DNA of 64,000 nucleotides from Adineta vaga (Eukaryota > Animalia > Rotifera): NCBI GenBank assembly GCA_021613535.1, contig CP075494.1, forward strand, positions 5,952,001-6,016,000. Reading direction: 5' to 3'. The notes under the pieces are model-generated. The model saw only the letters and a list, made by a program, of their open reading frames with translations, had not been told where the DNA came from and searched no databases. The translations under genes were made by a program, and so were the position numbers. Position 1 is the first letter of the stretch. Each line of letters begins with the position of its first letter. Positions 13,395-28,707 of the stretch are shown here, in pieces.

Positions 13395-15615
13395 AATGTA
13401 TGCGATAAGAAACAGAAAAGAAAACACAGACATTATTCTTTTGATAGTTAAAGAAGAAAATGGATCAAGTGAGCAGTTTTCTTTCTCTTTTTTTTATCGT
13501 TGATCAACTTGAGAAACTAATAAGAGTTAGTGAAGTTAACATGAGAATACTTTCGGATTTTTCTCATTTACACATTAATGATCTACTCGATTTATTTGAC
13601 CGAATAGATCACTCTATGATGTATTCCTTTGAGAGTTTTTTTACTGATTAAATCAAATGTCATATTGATCTTAACTTAGAATTTATATATTTACTCGTCA
13701 TTGTAAGCGTTCTAAGTAAGTTAATCACGTAAAATGAATGAGTAAGTAGAATAATAAATAATTCATTTTTAAAGATCAATTGTCTACATTAAATCGAACG
13801 CATCAAAAATCATATTCATGTCATCAGTTAAATCAAAGTTACATGCGAATACTCAAAAGAGAAATTGAGATGAAACTATCAGAAACAATTAACTTAAAAA
13901 AAGACTTAAGAACAAAAAAACAGGAAATCATTATCTAGCTCGTCTGATTAATCAAAAGAGGAGAAGTACTGAGAGTGATAGACATGGCTGAGAAACGACC
14001 TTCACGAAAAGACAAGTGCGTTTTTCTTTTCTTGTTTGAATCTTATTTCATGATTCATAATCGTCTATTTTATAAGCAAGATCTTATCTTAGTCCTTTTC
14101 CCTATTCTTCTTGTTGAATACAGATATATAGAAAATTTTGCTCTTTTTCTTCTTGAAAACGCCCGTTTGACTCTGTTGAGAAATTGATTACGATCGTTGT
14201 CGACAACTCGTCTTCTTCTTCTTCTTCTCCCTGTTCGTCTATCTCTCCTTCTTGTTTGCTTGCTGTCTTTCTTTCTTTCTCTAGCACTTGTTAATCGTTC
14301 GATTTACTCTCGTATTATATCACACATTTGGACAAAATTAAGTTTCGGATTTTTCTTTCTTTAACAACATCACTTAGCTATTCTATAGTTTATATCAGAT
14401 GTACCAACTAATTCAGCTTGACATATACATTACTAGTCGTCAATGACAATTCATGACAAGTGTGTTCAATTACTTTCTTTTATTGACATCATTTTATTAT
14501 AAATATTCAATAAATGATCGAGAAACAAACGAATATTTTCTAGCAAGATGATTATGCCAAAGTAAATACCGCATATGTCTTATTCTAGTTAGATTAAGAA
14601 ACTTTCGATCTCGTATATCTTCTTTTTACTCTTTTTTTTTTCTTTTTTTCTAATCTATAAAATCCAGACATCTGCATTTGACAGATGATTTACAAATTGA
14701 AAAGAAAGACAACTTCTCTGCTACTTGTTTTTCTTTTCATCTGTAAAAATTTTGATGAAGAATGTATGACCATCAGTCTTTCAATTAAATAATGGTACAA
14801 GTACTTTTGATAATAGGATTGAGAATGAAAAAAAATGACAAAACAACAAGCCGTCTTAACTATATACAGGATGCATCATTGCACGATCAAATTAATTCAG
14901 ATAGAGAGAGAGAGAGAGCGAAAAGTAAAAAAAGAAAAGTAATTTCCTTATCTGTAAGATAAAAGAATTTCTTTATTCAGAAACTAAAAATATTTATTTA
15001 TATATAGAGGAAGAAGAAGAATAAGTCACGATTGATGAACATTCTTAAAATCTAAGTCGAAAAGAAAAACGTTAGAGAATGTCAATACCTCTCATGATCA
15101 AATAAAACGTACGAATGTGCAAGACAAGAAAGAAAGAAAGAAAGAAAGAAAGAAAAAAAAGAACTTTTTTTTGTCAATAAGAAAACGTTTTTCTTTGAAG
15201 AGAATATTTGTTCCGGGTTGAGGTTTTTTTTCTTCTTTTGGTTTACATTCGCAATATTTCGAAAATAAAAGACGTAAATGACAAGAAAAAAAACAATCAC
15301 AATTAAAAGATTAAGGTTTCTATATTTAAACTAGATGAAGACAAAAAAAACTCAACATACCGATCCATCAAAGAACGCTCCATTTTTCAGACAGCTTCAT
15401 TTGTCTAATGAAGATTAAAAAAACTCAGTAGGATTTCAAAATTTTCTCGTTTGTCCATTTTTTCAAGAAGATTACTTACATAGATCTTATTTTTTTCCTA
15501 TCTTCTTTTTCATCTAGTCAACGATGATAGATCGTCGTTGTCACCATTTTCAAGGTGACTTTAAAATGGCCATTATCATCAATCTTATTTTTTATTTATA
15601 TACAATCATATCTTC

Positions 15616-18600
15616 ATGCCAACCTTTGCCGATCTGAACGAAAATTCTAATAACGCTGCCTTTGCGCAAGCGTTATTAGCAAATATTAGTCAAACAAATC
15701 TTAATCGACCATATTATACAGCTACTCACCATACGAATTGGAGTATTCTATATATACCCGGTCCACCACCAACATTTTCAACATCAACAACGAATCCTTC
15801 GTCTAATGATGATTATTATCCATTTTGGTTATTAATTGTAATAGCCGTATTTGGTAGCGTGACATCTGTATTAACTGTATTAGGAAATATTCTTGTTATG
15901 CTCGCATTTTTTCTCGATCGACAAATTCGTCAACCAACAAATTATTTTATACTTTCACTTTCTGTTAGTGATTTTCTCATTGGTCTTCTTTCCATGCCTT
16001 TACTAACAACATACATCTATGCAAAAGATTGGCCATTTAACGCAATTATTTGTGACATATGGCTCTCATTAGATTATACTGTCTGTTTGACTTCGATCTA
16101 TACGGTGCTGTTCATTACAATCGATCGATTTTGTTCAGTTAAAATGCCAGCAAAATATCGAAAATGGCGTACGAAACGAAAGATTAATCTAATGATTGCA
16201 GTTACATGGGCAGGTAGGAAAAGAGAAAAACAATGAATTCGAATCTCTTGTCTTTTATTTCAATCTCTAGTTCCTACTCTAATATTTTTCACCTCAACCA
16301 TGTTCTATCCACGTCTCAAAGGAGATTCAAATCTTCAAAACGGTGTTTGTAAATATCTTAGAAACCAAATTGTTTTCTTTTCTTTTTTCAGTAATTATAT
16401 TTATATATTTTGTTTTGAAGGCGACGTTCAATGGAATAAAAGTCATGTCTTCAATTTATGTTTAACAATTGCGTATTTTTGGACTACATTACTTGTTATG
16501 ATTGTTTTATATATTTTTATATATGGTATATGATTTCCTTTCTGATTCTCTTTCAATTCTAATCTTGTTTGTCTTTCTAGGTGTTGCAAGTAATTTAGAA
16601 AAGAAATCTCAAGAAAATGCTCGAAAAATGTCTTCACTTGTTGGCATGGCCGGTAAGTAGCTCATCAAAATAATGAAAAAGAAACCAGTGAAATCATGAA
16701 ATATCTGTTATTGCTTTTTTTTCTTCTTTATTAGGAAGTGCAATGACACAAATAGGTGTCGGTATTGGAGTAAATAAATCTCCAACGAAAAGCACTGCGA
16801 ATCGAACAAATCATAAAACAGATTCGATTAGAAGTATTGATAATGACACTCAAAGTCAAGCTCCTAAAAAGAAAATTCATAAACAATTCAGTACGAATTC
16901 TTCCGAACAACGAGCAACAAATGATGGAGGCGATGATGAAAATTCCAATTCATTCGAATCTCATTCTGATCTTGATGCAAATAATATGCATGATAAAAAA
17001 ACTTCTTTTCCTAATGATAAACTTTCTCATCAGAATCGTCGTGGTCTTAATGTCAATTGGGGTAATAATTCATCAACTGCAATTCATGTAACTACAAATA
17101 AAAGTCCCAATCATGATGTTCAAATTGTTCAAAAAAGTCCTTCAAATGTCAAATCATTTGCACATTCACTCTATCGTAGTCCAATGCGTATAACTGGAAT
17201 TTCATCAACAACAAAAATCAAATTAAAACAATTAAATAATTCGTCACAATTGACAACAAATCTAACACCAATTCCATCCGAATCAGAACTCGCATCAACT
17301 CGAATGTATCCTCCACCACAACCACGACCAGAAACATTAGCAATTATGTCCGATGAATTATTTCATGAACGACTAAAAGCTCGACAATCACCTTTACTTA
17401 CAAAGTCAGAGCCAGTACAACATGTGCCAATAAATGTCACTGAATGTTTACCTGCAAATGCTTCCTCAACATCATCACTTGTTGAACAAAAAGCTTCAAT
17501 CGAAGAAGACCTTCCTTCTGACAATGACATATTACCTGAAGAAAATCTTATTCAAATTCATTTACCATCACCTGTTTTAGAACCTGAAATACCTGTTGAA
17601 CCAATTACCAATCATATTGAAGAATCTTCCGATGACAGCTGGCGATTACTAAATAGTAATAGTAGTCTTGATATACCATACATAGATGAAACTGATTTTG
17701 AAGATCTCGGTAAGTTCTATCTTGAAATATTTTCTTGTATATATATATATATAGAAAATGTCAACAACAATCTATTGTTATTCAGAATAGAAAGAACCTA
17801 ATAAAGTGACAGTAATCTTCTTTAAGTATAAGCTAGTATTATACGTCAATGTTAGAAAATCATGTATAATATATAGAGATCTATTTTTATTTAGGTTATA
17901 TTTTACATCGTCGTTGTGTTCTACCAATTAATTCTAATGAACCGGTTCACGAGGAAACAATTGTTTATAAATCTCCACTTTATATGAAACATAAACGTCG
18001 ATCAAAATCTTCCACTGCATCATTTCTGACAAATCATAATTCACATACGGTTGAAATTCATGGTAATATTCAAGATGCTCATCAAGCAATTTTTCAATCA
18101 CCTGTGTTCGATAACGTTGAATTAATAACTTATCCTTGTATAAATCCAAATCCGTCCTCGAAAAAATATCCTATTCGACATTGTAGTTTACGTCATGTAC
18201 CACGTGAAATGTTATTAAATAAAGCAAAACAATGCACATCATTACCTTTATCATCGAATGATATTCAAACAACATCATCAATAATCTTTGTTTCCAAAGC
18301 AAAACGTCCACTCTCTCAAACATCCACACCATTAACATCATCACCTTCAACATATCGACATGCTGATGTTGAACGTGCATTGATTGAATTTTATCAATGT
18401 GGTGAAATCAATGATATTGATGATAATTTAACGAATAGTGGAAGTGATGTTCTATCGAATTATAAAGAAACAAATCAAGAAACATCATCGTTATTACGTT
18501 TAAATGAACAATATTCATCGGCATTTATTGACGATGAATATAATTATCAATGTGATAATAATCTAATGAAAATGATGATTTTAAATAAAACAAATCTTGA

Positions 18601-19810
18601 TACAACAAGTGATGAACAAACATTAACTAATAGTATTAGTTTAAATACTTATAGTCAAGATTGTTCAATCGATAAAATCTTTCAACCATCGAGTTTAAAT
18701 GAAGAATTATCACGAACGAGTTGGATTAGTTCCATATCATCATCATCGTCCTCACAAGATCGGCAAATTCCACAACATTTTCTTGCTGCTATTGATAAAA
18801 AACGTAATACATCATCGGATTCTGATGCCATTACAACGACAACAACTACACTTACTTCGAGTACTATCTATGCAGGGTAAGATTTCATTAAATTGAAAGG
18901 CAAATATCATCTCTTTTTATCTATTTTCAGAATGGAAAAACGACAAATAAGTGAAGAATTACAAACATCCGATCTTTGTCCAATTTTGAAAAAACATCAT
19001 TCAGAAAACTATCTTCCTGATAATGAATTATCTCTTCTTCATAATCGAAATGCATCCAAAGTAACATTCGAAAGTTTCGTTACTCAAACATCAGTTCCAT
19101 CTTCACCAAAAATGAAAGATCAAAGTGTAATGACACAATTTGATGTTAAAGATCAGTCAACTGGTTCAAATCCTTTACCTGAACCAATTCAGAATGAAAC
19201 TGAACTGAAAACTACACGTATATCTACAGTGAATGAAGCAACAGGAATTGGAACATCAACAACAACTACTTCCGGTTCAACAAAATCAAGTGTAAGAGAA
19301 TTATTACAAAGTCAAAAAACTACTACTCGAAGAAAATCCAAATCACAAAATCGAGCAAGAAAAGCTCTTCGAACAATAACATTTATTCTTGGTAAGTTTT
19401 TCTCGCATTTCGATTGTACTGCGCTGATTTAGAATTATGTCAACCTTATATATGATATCGATTTGTTTCGAGAACAAATAAGTTAACAATACGATGATAA
19501 TCTAACTAAATATCTTTGTTTTCTAGGCGCTTTTGTTGTCTGTTGGACGCCATGGTAAATCATCTTTGTTGTTGTTTTTTACATTCTTTTTATTGGATAT
19601 ATTCTGGTTTTTAGGCACATCTATTCAGCGGTACATTCATTATGCGAATCATGTAAACATAACCGGATATTTTCTAATCCAATGTTTCATTGTGTTTATT
19701 TCCTTTGCTACCTTAATTCACCAATCAATCCATTTTGTTATGCATTAGCTAATCAACAATTTAAGAAAACCTTTACACGAATATTAAAATTAGATTTACG
19801 TCGATTATAA
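15616..19810 (+). CDS. Muscarinic acetylcholine receptor, invertebrate type-B (GAR-1/2-like), very long ICL3
   Basis: TM1 GNILVMLAF; QPTNYFILSLSVSDFLIG; TM3 WLSLDYTVC (Asp3.32); IDRFCSVK; KSKSQNRARKALRTITFILGAFVVCWTPWH; YFLCYLNSPINPFCY. Exons 16736-17710, 17896-18876 and 18931-19391 splice in frame into ICL3. Confidence 0.9.
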
Positions 19811-20170
19811 TAAAGAAAAAAATCGACTTCTTTTCTTTTCTTTTTCATTTTCTGTCGAATAGTGTTTTATTTTTGTTCATGTGAATTAATTTACAATAAC
19901 AAAGAAAACAAAGTTATTTTTCTGAACCATCGAATATACATAGATATATATGCATAGAATAGTTTCTTATCAAAGATTCATTTGTTTGCCAAGAAGAAAA
20001 ATAAAATGTTATCATCTGAGAATTTCAATTATTTGCCTTTTTTGTTTTATTTCAAATTATATATGAGCATATCTATATACAAGCAAAATTGCACTGGAAA
20101 GAAAAGAAAAACTCGAATACATATATTCGACTAGTGAAAAACAAACAAAATATGTTAAATGATAGAATAT

Positions 20171-21642
20171 TTAAAAAAAGATAGGTCGCTGTAATTTGAA
20201 ATAAGATAAAGGTCTTTTTTGCTGTAATGATAATGGAGGCTGCCACCATCCATCTAATGACTGATTTTGATCATTTTCATAGAATCTGAAATTTCTTTGC
20301 TGTTGTGTTCGTCGTTGATATTCATGATAATGAAAATCTTGTAACGATATACTTGTTTGTATTTGATATTCATCGGCTGGTGTTATTGGTATTAATGTTA
20401 AACTACGTCTTGAAGTTAGATTTTCTAATAATTCATTATTTTCATCGGATGATAAGTAATCATAAAGAGATATTAAACATAAATATTCGATTTCATATTT
20501 ATTCGCCATACAAAATGTTGATGTTGATGTGAAATTCGAAGAATTTAATTGAGGAATATACTTCGTTCGATTAATATAAATAAATGGTAAACGTTGTTTT
20601 TGATGATTATTTAATGTTATTAAACCACCCTGATACGACATGATTCGATGATAATCAATAGAATCGAGATGTTTTGATGATGAAAGAAATCGAATAAAAA
20701 ATAAACGTTTCAAACGAAATATTAAATGATCAAGTGTGATTAGTAGTGAATGAATTGTTAAAGATGATGATTGAGGAACAAAGTTATTAAATAGCGACAA
20801 ATCATCCGATTGAATAGGAATATATAATGAACGTAAGAAAAACTCTTCAGATGAACTAATAATATGTTCTTTACGAAGATAATCAATAGGAAGTAAACGA
20901 TCACATTGTTTTTTAATAAATGGAACGATTTTCGAGTCCAATTGAAGCCAACCAGTTGAAGATGATTGAGGAGATGTGAGAACTAGAATATAGAATTGAA
21001 ATAGTTTATATTTTCTTTGTGAATTATAGCGTACTCGGTGTTATGGATGGATTTTTGTCTATAATCTGATTGGATTCCGTTTGAGATATATTTTCTTGGA
21101 GATTTTTCCATAGTTCAATATTTTTTCTTGCAGCATCTAACGTTGTGACTGGTTGAATGAGCAATGATTTGGATTTATTACTATTATTTGGATCAATGTA
21201 TGCTAATGTTTGAAAACAATCAATTAAATCTTCAAAATCAATGATATAATCGATATTTTCTCGAAGTTTTAAATAATTTTTCGAATAATTTAAATGCCAA
21301 GAGAAGATTTCATGCATTAATTCAACTTCATGACAAGTGATGTAAATAGGTGAATAGGATTTGTTAATGACATCTAATAAACAATGACGCCATTGATTTT
21401 GTAGCGTAGGTGATTTTATATCGAATAATTGTTGTTCAAAATGTCGTTGAACAACATATCGACGACCTGAGCTATTAAGATATAAGAGAGAAATATTGTT
21501 GTTTTAGTCTTGTTGAATAAAGAAAATGAATAGGATCTCACACACACCGAAATATGACTGCAATGTAGAAATTTTCATCTAATTCTTCCCAACTAAAATG
21601 TTTTAAGCGACTTGATTCATCGTCAATCAACACATTTGACAT
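20171..21642 (-). CDS. Uncharacterised protein (~450 aa, probably 3 exons)
   Basis: ATG at 21642 (MSNVLIDDESSRLKHFSWEELDENFY...) directly after a TTTTAG acceptor. Continues into ORFs 21024-21317 and 20171-20941 across short intron-like gaps. No domain recognised. Confidence 0.6.
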
Positions 21643-21825
21643 TCTAAAAGCAAGACTCAATAATAATATCAACTGTCATGAATAGAAATGACTGAATATA
21701 CAAGTTAGAATATATATATATATATGTGTGTGTATATATAGAAAGCGAGACAAAGGAAAAGAAATGATATAATCCTGAGTACACGTTGGAAACACAAGCA
21801 CCACACAACTCAAGAAAAAATGTTT

Positions 21826-23135
<1,310 letters not shown>

Positions 23136-23619
23136 ACAGATCAAGGAAATCACCGGGTTAGTTAATACTAAATAATAAAAATAAGATATGTTCATTCGAT
23201 AATTTGACTTACGGGAATAGATTTAAAGTACGTCTTATAGGTAAGACATGACTGTGGAAAGAGAAAGAAAAGGTGAATGAAAAAACAATCGACGACGTTT
23301 AATATTCGCTAAAAAAGATAAATATCAAAATAAAATGATATCTTTGTATGCAAATGAATGACTCACTCGAAAGAGATATTCATTGTTGTTGTGCTTTATT
23401 TGCCTATGTTTTCTATGTTTACTACGACGAAACACGTGCCGTCAGGTTGTATTTAAGTATGTATAATAATCTAGAAAAACGAAAGAGGAAAATATTGGTT
23501 CTCAATCCTTTTTCGCGGGTTGGTTATCATAACGAAACATATTTATTTTGAAATGACAAAAGAAACGAGAAAAAAAACAACAATAAATCATCAGTGATTA
23601 CTTGGACATTCGATTGATT

Positions 23620-24604
23620 TTATTGCGCGACACCCACTTGTGCTGCACGTATAACACGATCTTGAAGACGATAACCGGTTTTCATTACTTGAATTATTGT
23701 GCCACTGGTTTTATCCGGAAGTTTAGCTTGAAATAAGGCATCATGAAAATTAGGATCAAATTTATCACCTTCATTTGGTTTGATCTGTAGTAGACCATTT
23801 TTAGTAAAGATTTTTTGCATTCGCTCTTCCGTCATCATAAGACCTTGACGAAGATTAGCAAAATCCTTGGTTAATGTTGCTTGATCAGTTGATGCTTGTT
23901 GAGGAGTATTTGCTAAAGCGAGATTAAGGATATCGGCAACTTCAAGTAAATCTTTGCAAAAACCTTGAATACCAAAAATTTTAGCATCATTCACTAGTTT
24001 ACTAAAACGAATGCGAGTATTTTCTGTTTCAGCTAGCGCACGTTTGTAACGATCCTAGAAAGAGAAAGAAAAAGAACGAATAGAATCGTATTTATGAAAC
24101 CTAAAGATGGAAATATATGAGAATATTTAAATCAATAACTTCTTATCTTACACGTAGGGTTGAACGACAAAATTTCCTAAACAATTTTCTCTAACTTATT
24201 CAGAAATAACTTTCTTGTTAATATGATGATCGAATGTTTAATCAATATATCACTTCATTTTACCTTGAATTCATTAACATCTTCAGTTAATTTTGTATTT
24301 TGTTCCTGAAGTTGTTTTAAATTCACATCAGATTTTTGTTCGGATTGAGAAGAATTTTCTACGGTTTGATTCGGTGATGGTGGTGTTGTTTCATCTTGTT
24401 TCTGTTCTTGTGTAGATGTATTGGTAGATGAATGTCTACACTAACATATATGAATTAGAAAAATCCAATAAATCTCAAATATAAACGAACCAATTACCTA
24501 AATACCGGTGATAGCCGAGATGCATTCATCAATGTTGATGGTGAAAAGACACCCGTACGATAAAATATTTGCCGTACGAATCGACAATTCGAGAGTAGAC
24601 TCAT
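23620..24604 (-). CDS. GRPEL1: Mitochondrial GrpE (mtHsp70 nucleotide exchange factor)
   Basis: Arg/Ser-rich mitochondrial presequence MSLLSNCRFVRQ; RALAETENTR; FCKDLLEVAD; FDPNFHDAL; GYRLQDRVIRAAQVGV. Three exons. Confidence 0.93.
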
Positions 24605-25680
24605 TTCTTTATTTAACAATGATCCTAAACGAAAATATCTAAAATAAGAAGATAACCTTGCATCAGCAATATTTCATTTTTGAATAAACAATATCGAATC
24701 GAAAAAAAAAAGAAAACAAGGACAGATGATCAATGATAAAACATGGATTCCATGGCATGTGTATGCACTAATCGATAGATGGCATTCATTCATGATTTTT
24801 CTTTCGTTAGAAAAGAATTACGTTACGACATGTTGAAACACATAAGAATTGCTTACAATGATTAGAGCCGAAAGAATGAGGAAAGAAATTTGAAACAATT
24901 TTTGATTTGTAACACAAAAGACTTTTCTATTCTATTCAACGGTTTTTCTGAGAAAGAAAAAAAGAACATGAAAGATAACTTTATAAAAGAAAGAAGAAGC
25001 AGAAGAATTGAAAATCGATTGTGTGTGTGTTTCTGAAGTGATTAGGTTTTTTGCCTTTTCCTTCCTTTTACTTCCCTCCCTCCCTCTCTCTCCCTTTTTT
25101 TCATTCTCATTTTTCTTTTAAAGGTGTTTCACACTTACCGTCATAATAGACACAACACAATTTCAATTCATACGAGAGCATTCTGACTACCTCTCGTTCT
25201 CACTATCTCTGCACAAGTATGTTAATTTACATTATCTTTTAACAAATCATCAATCGATATTGTTTTTATCAGACACTTGAATATTCAATACAAAGAAAAA
25301 GATTATTGTTTATTTTAAAAGCTTATATTTTCCTTGAAAATAACATGACACAGATGAGACTTCGATAGAAAATGTAATCACATATTCTTCTACGACGATT
25401 CTTTTCTTCTTCTTGTTGGATTAGCTAAATTTATTTTTCGTTCGAACTGAAATATTTTCTCATGCAAACATAAATCCACATGTAGGTAATCACACATCAT
25501 CAGTATTAAATTGTACGACGTCGGCCATGCTAACAACAATAATAACAATAACAGAAAAAAAGACTTGAATGCGACAAACGAGATAAGATTTTTTTATGAA
25601 TGGGTAAATAAAAATGAAAAAAAGGGTAACTGAGTAATGCGCACGAGAGAAACGTTCAAATTTTTTTTGCTCGTTCGCTC

Positions 25681-25684
<4 letters not shown>

Positions 25685-25712
<28 letters not shown>
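25685..25712. repeat. (CT)n microsatellite between divergent GrpE and nicotinamidase genes
   Basis: Visible ct dinucleotide run. Confidence 0.85.
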
Positions 25713-25717
<5 letters not shown>

Positions 25718-26117
25718 CCTGTCTTTCTACCGATCGTTAGACCATTAATTGTTTCACTTCGTTCAATTTTCCAACAGTCAGTCAGCTCTTATCAACATTG
25801 TTTTTTTGCCGTATTTACTACAATAACTATTACTATTCTCCTCCCTTTACTTATTGCATTTCTCAATATTCTCCGATAATAGTTTAGCAACAAAGAAGAA
25901 AAAAAAAGTACCGTCTGGAAGAAAAAGAAAAAGAAACGTTTTATTACAACTTTACCTATTCACAATTAAGAATAGAAATGAAATATCAAAATTACTTTCG
26001 ATAGTAATGTACATTTCTATTAATTTATCTCATCAGCGAATTTTTCTGAATATTCATGTACAGAAACATTATTCGATTGTAAAATCTCTTGATTATACTT
26101 TTCTCGAGACTATTTCA

Positions 26118-27662
26118 ATGGGTACGAAAGGTTAGTGTACAGTACAGATATGAATTTTTGCATGGAATAGAATATTTCATTCGAGTTATCTAATTTTAGG
26201 TTCGTCCATGTCACCACCACCTTACGATTATGATCCATTTGACTTGCTAAGACAAAATAATTTCTCCGACGAAGAATATGAACGTTGTTTTCGATTTTTC
26301 GATTCTCAGAAGTATATTTTCGATGATTTTTCTTTCGACGAAATCGTTTATTTGTTTTCTTTAGACGAGGTTTTTGGACTCGTGAAGATTTTCGTCGTTT
26401 TCTCAGTTCACTCTTCGCAAATAAACAACGACCCTATTTCATTCTAAACGATCGTATTGAAGAATATTTTCATGACACTGATTTTAATCAAGATGATCAA
26501 ATTGATTACGATGAATTTATTCAAGCATGGAAAACAACAATTAAATGTGTAAAAGATATTTAACTTTGTCGATTATTGATTTTCTTTGTTTTCGTTTTCA
26601 TAGGCTGTCAGACCGATTAGTGCACTCGTTATAGTCGATGTTCAGAATGATTTTATTTCTGGTTCATTAGCTCTTCATTCCTGTCCTGCTAATCATCAAG
26701 GTTTTATTTTTCTTTCAAACAACAATAACGAGTAGAATTCTTCTCTGTAGGAGAAGAAGTTGTTCCTGTTATCAATCGAGTTATTCGTGATGTTAATTTT
26801 GATGTTGTCGCATATACATATGATTGGCATCCATTAAATCATATATCATTCTATGAGAATCGACATTTAAGAACAGCCGCATCAGAAAGTCCTGTATGTC
26901 ATCGAAAACAAGAGTTTCGTGTTTGTTTGTTTGTTTTTATAGAAATCATTGTCATTTAGATTGCTGCGGAAAGTGCACATGTACTAGACACTGTTCTTTT
27001 TGTTGGTCCACCAAATTTAACTTCAACAATCGAACAAGTTCTTTGGCCAGCACATTGTATTCAAAAAACTCCAGGCGCTGATCTACATCCTGATTTAATT
27101 CGTGTCGATAATGCTATTCATGTGTATAAAGGAACAAATCCTGAAATTGATTCTTATTCAGCATTTTGGGATAATATGAAATTAAGTAAAACAAGTCTAG
27201 ATGATCAACTTCGAGAACGTTCAGTTACGGATGTTTATGTTGTTGGCTTGGCTACAGATGTTTGTGTTGGTATGTTTAGTTTTCAACGTTGTGTTTACGA
27301 AAAAAAGACAAGACAAAAGATTTATTATATTCTTGTTCTTCTAGCTGCAACAGCAATGCATGCAGTAGAAAATAATTATCGAACAGTATTAATTGAAGAT
27401 GCTTGTCGTGGAGTGAATGAACATGAAATTGAAGTTAAACGAGCGGAACTTAATGAATGTGGCAGTATTTTTGTAGATTCAGATGTTGTAAGAAAACAAA
27501 AACAAATAGTTTCTTCTTTTTTTTTTCTATTTTACTTTATTTATTATTCTCTGAATAAACAAGGTACCGGGAATGGTAGCTGGAGTTGATCGTCGACCTG
27601 AAGTAGCACGTGGTATGTTTGTTGAAAATCTTAAAGCAATTGGACGTTATCAGCCTCGTTAA
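26118..27662 (+). CDS. Nicotinamidase (PncA/Naam type) with N-terminal EF-hand pair
   Basis: IVDVQNDFISGSL, DWHPLNHISF, LWPAHCIQ, YKGTNPEIDSYSAF, GLATDVCV (D-K-C triad). EF-loop DFNQDDQIDYDEF. First exon MGTK at 26118 splices to GSSMSPP. Confidence 0.92.
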
Positions 27663-28707
27663 AAATTATTGAATAAAAGAAAAGAAAAGAGAAGAACAAC
27701 AGACGACATTCAAGTGCCTCTTAGTATTTTTTTCTCTTCTTTTGACTTTTTTTCTTCTCTTTTACTTGTGCACATTCAGTGTGTAGTTATTGCCAACGCC
27801 ATCAGTCAATAATCTCTACCTTGTCGTCTTGTTTTGTTCGCAAAAAATACGCAATATTTCGATGGTTGTACATTGCACGTGCACACTATTTCTATCTTCT
27901 TTCCAGCACATACACATATCGTCACATATGCACGTATATGTCCTTAGATAAAAAACTAACTAATAAACAAATCTTTTTTTCTTTTCTTTTTTTTGTATTG
28001 AAATGGAATCTATAGTGGTGATGTTTGTCTCTTTGTTTCTCTCTCTCTCTCTGTCTCTATCATTGTGCACACATCTTTGTGTATGTTGTTTTTTTTTCTG
28101 ATTTGAAAAATAAAAATATTATATAAGAAATACTCGAATATAATTTTAATATTGACAGTTTTGTACATATTATAACAAATTGGAGGAGTATTATTATATC
28201 GAAATGAAGGTAAAGAAAATGTTTCTATGTATTTCTGTTACTATATAAAAGTTTATCTAAGGCTGCAATTCAAGAGCATGGAAGAAAAATATTATGAAAA
28301 AGAATATTCGAAGATAAACAGAAAATCAACGTCATTCTTTGGTTTATTTAGAAGCCATCGAGAAATCTATTTTTAATTAAACTTTTACTTTTTTGGATTT
28401 TGGATTTCCTTTATGTTGTTTGTTCGATTTTAGTGCATACCTTTTTTTTCTCATCATACACTTTTGAGCCGCGATTAAACATTTCTTTGTTATTTCTCTT
28501 GTTTACACATTTACAGAAATTTACGATTGAGAAAATTAAAAAATGCAAAGAAAGAAAAGAATTGCGCACCTAGGTAGAATTGTTTTTATTCATTTGTTCA
28601 CAAGGTTACTTGGAAAAGAGGTGTGAAGACAACAACAATTGTTTTGTATTGTAGTGTAATTTCCATTTTAACGTGTAGATTTTATACAAAAAAAAACTAT
28701 TCAAATC

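Noticed and set aside
11400-15600. Short F/L/K-rich ORFs in the long region upstream of the muscarinic receptor
   Set aside because: Translations of poly-T/poly-A and microsatellite tracts with no splice-consistent gene model; more likely regulatory or UTR DNA.
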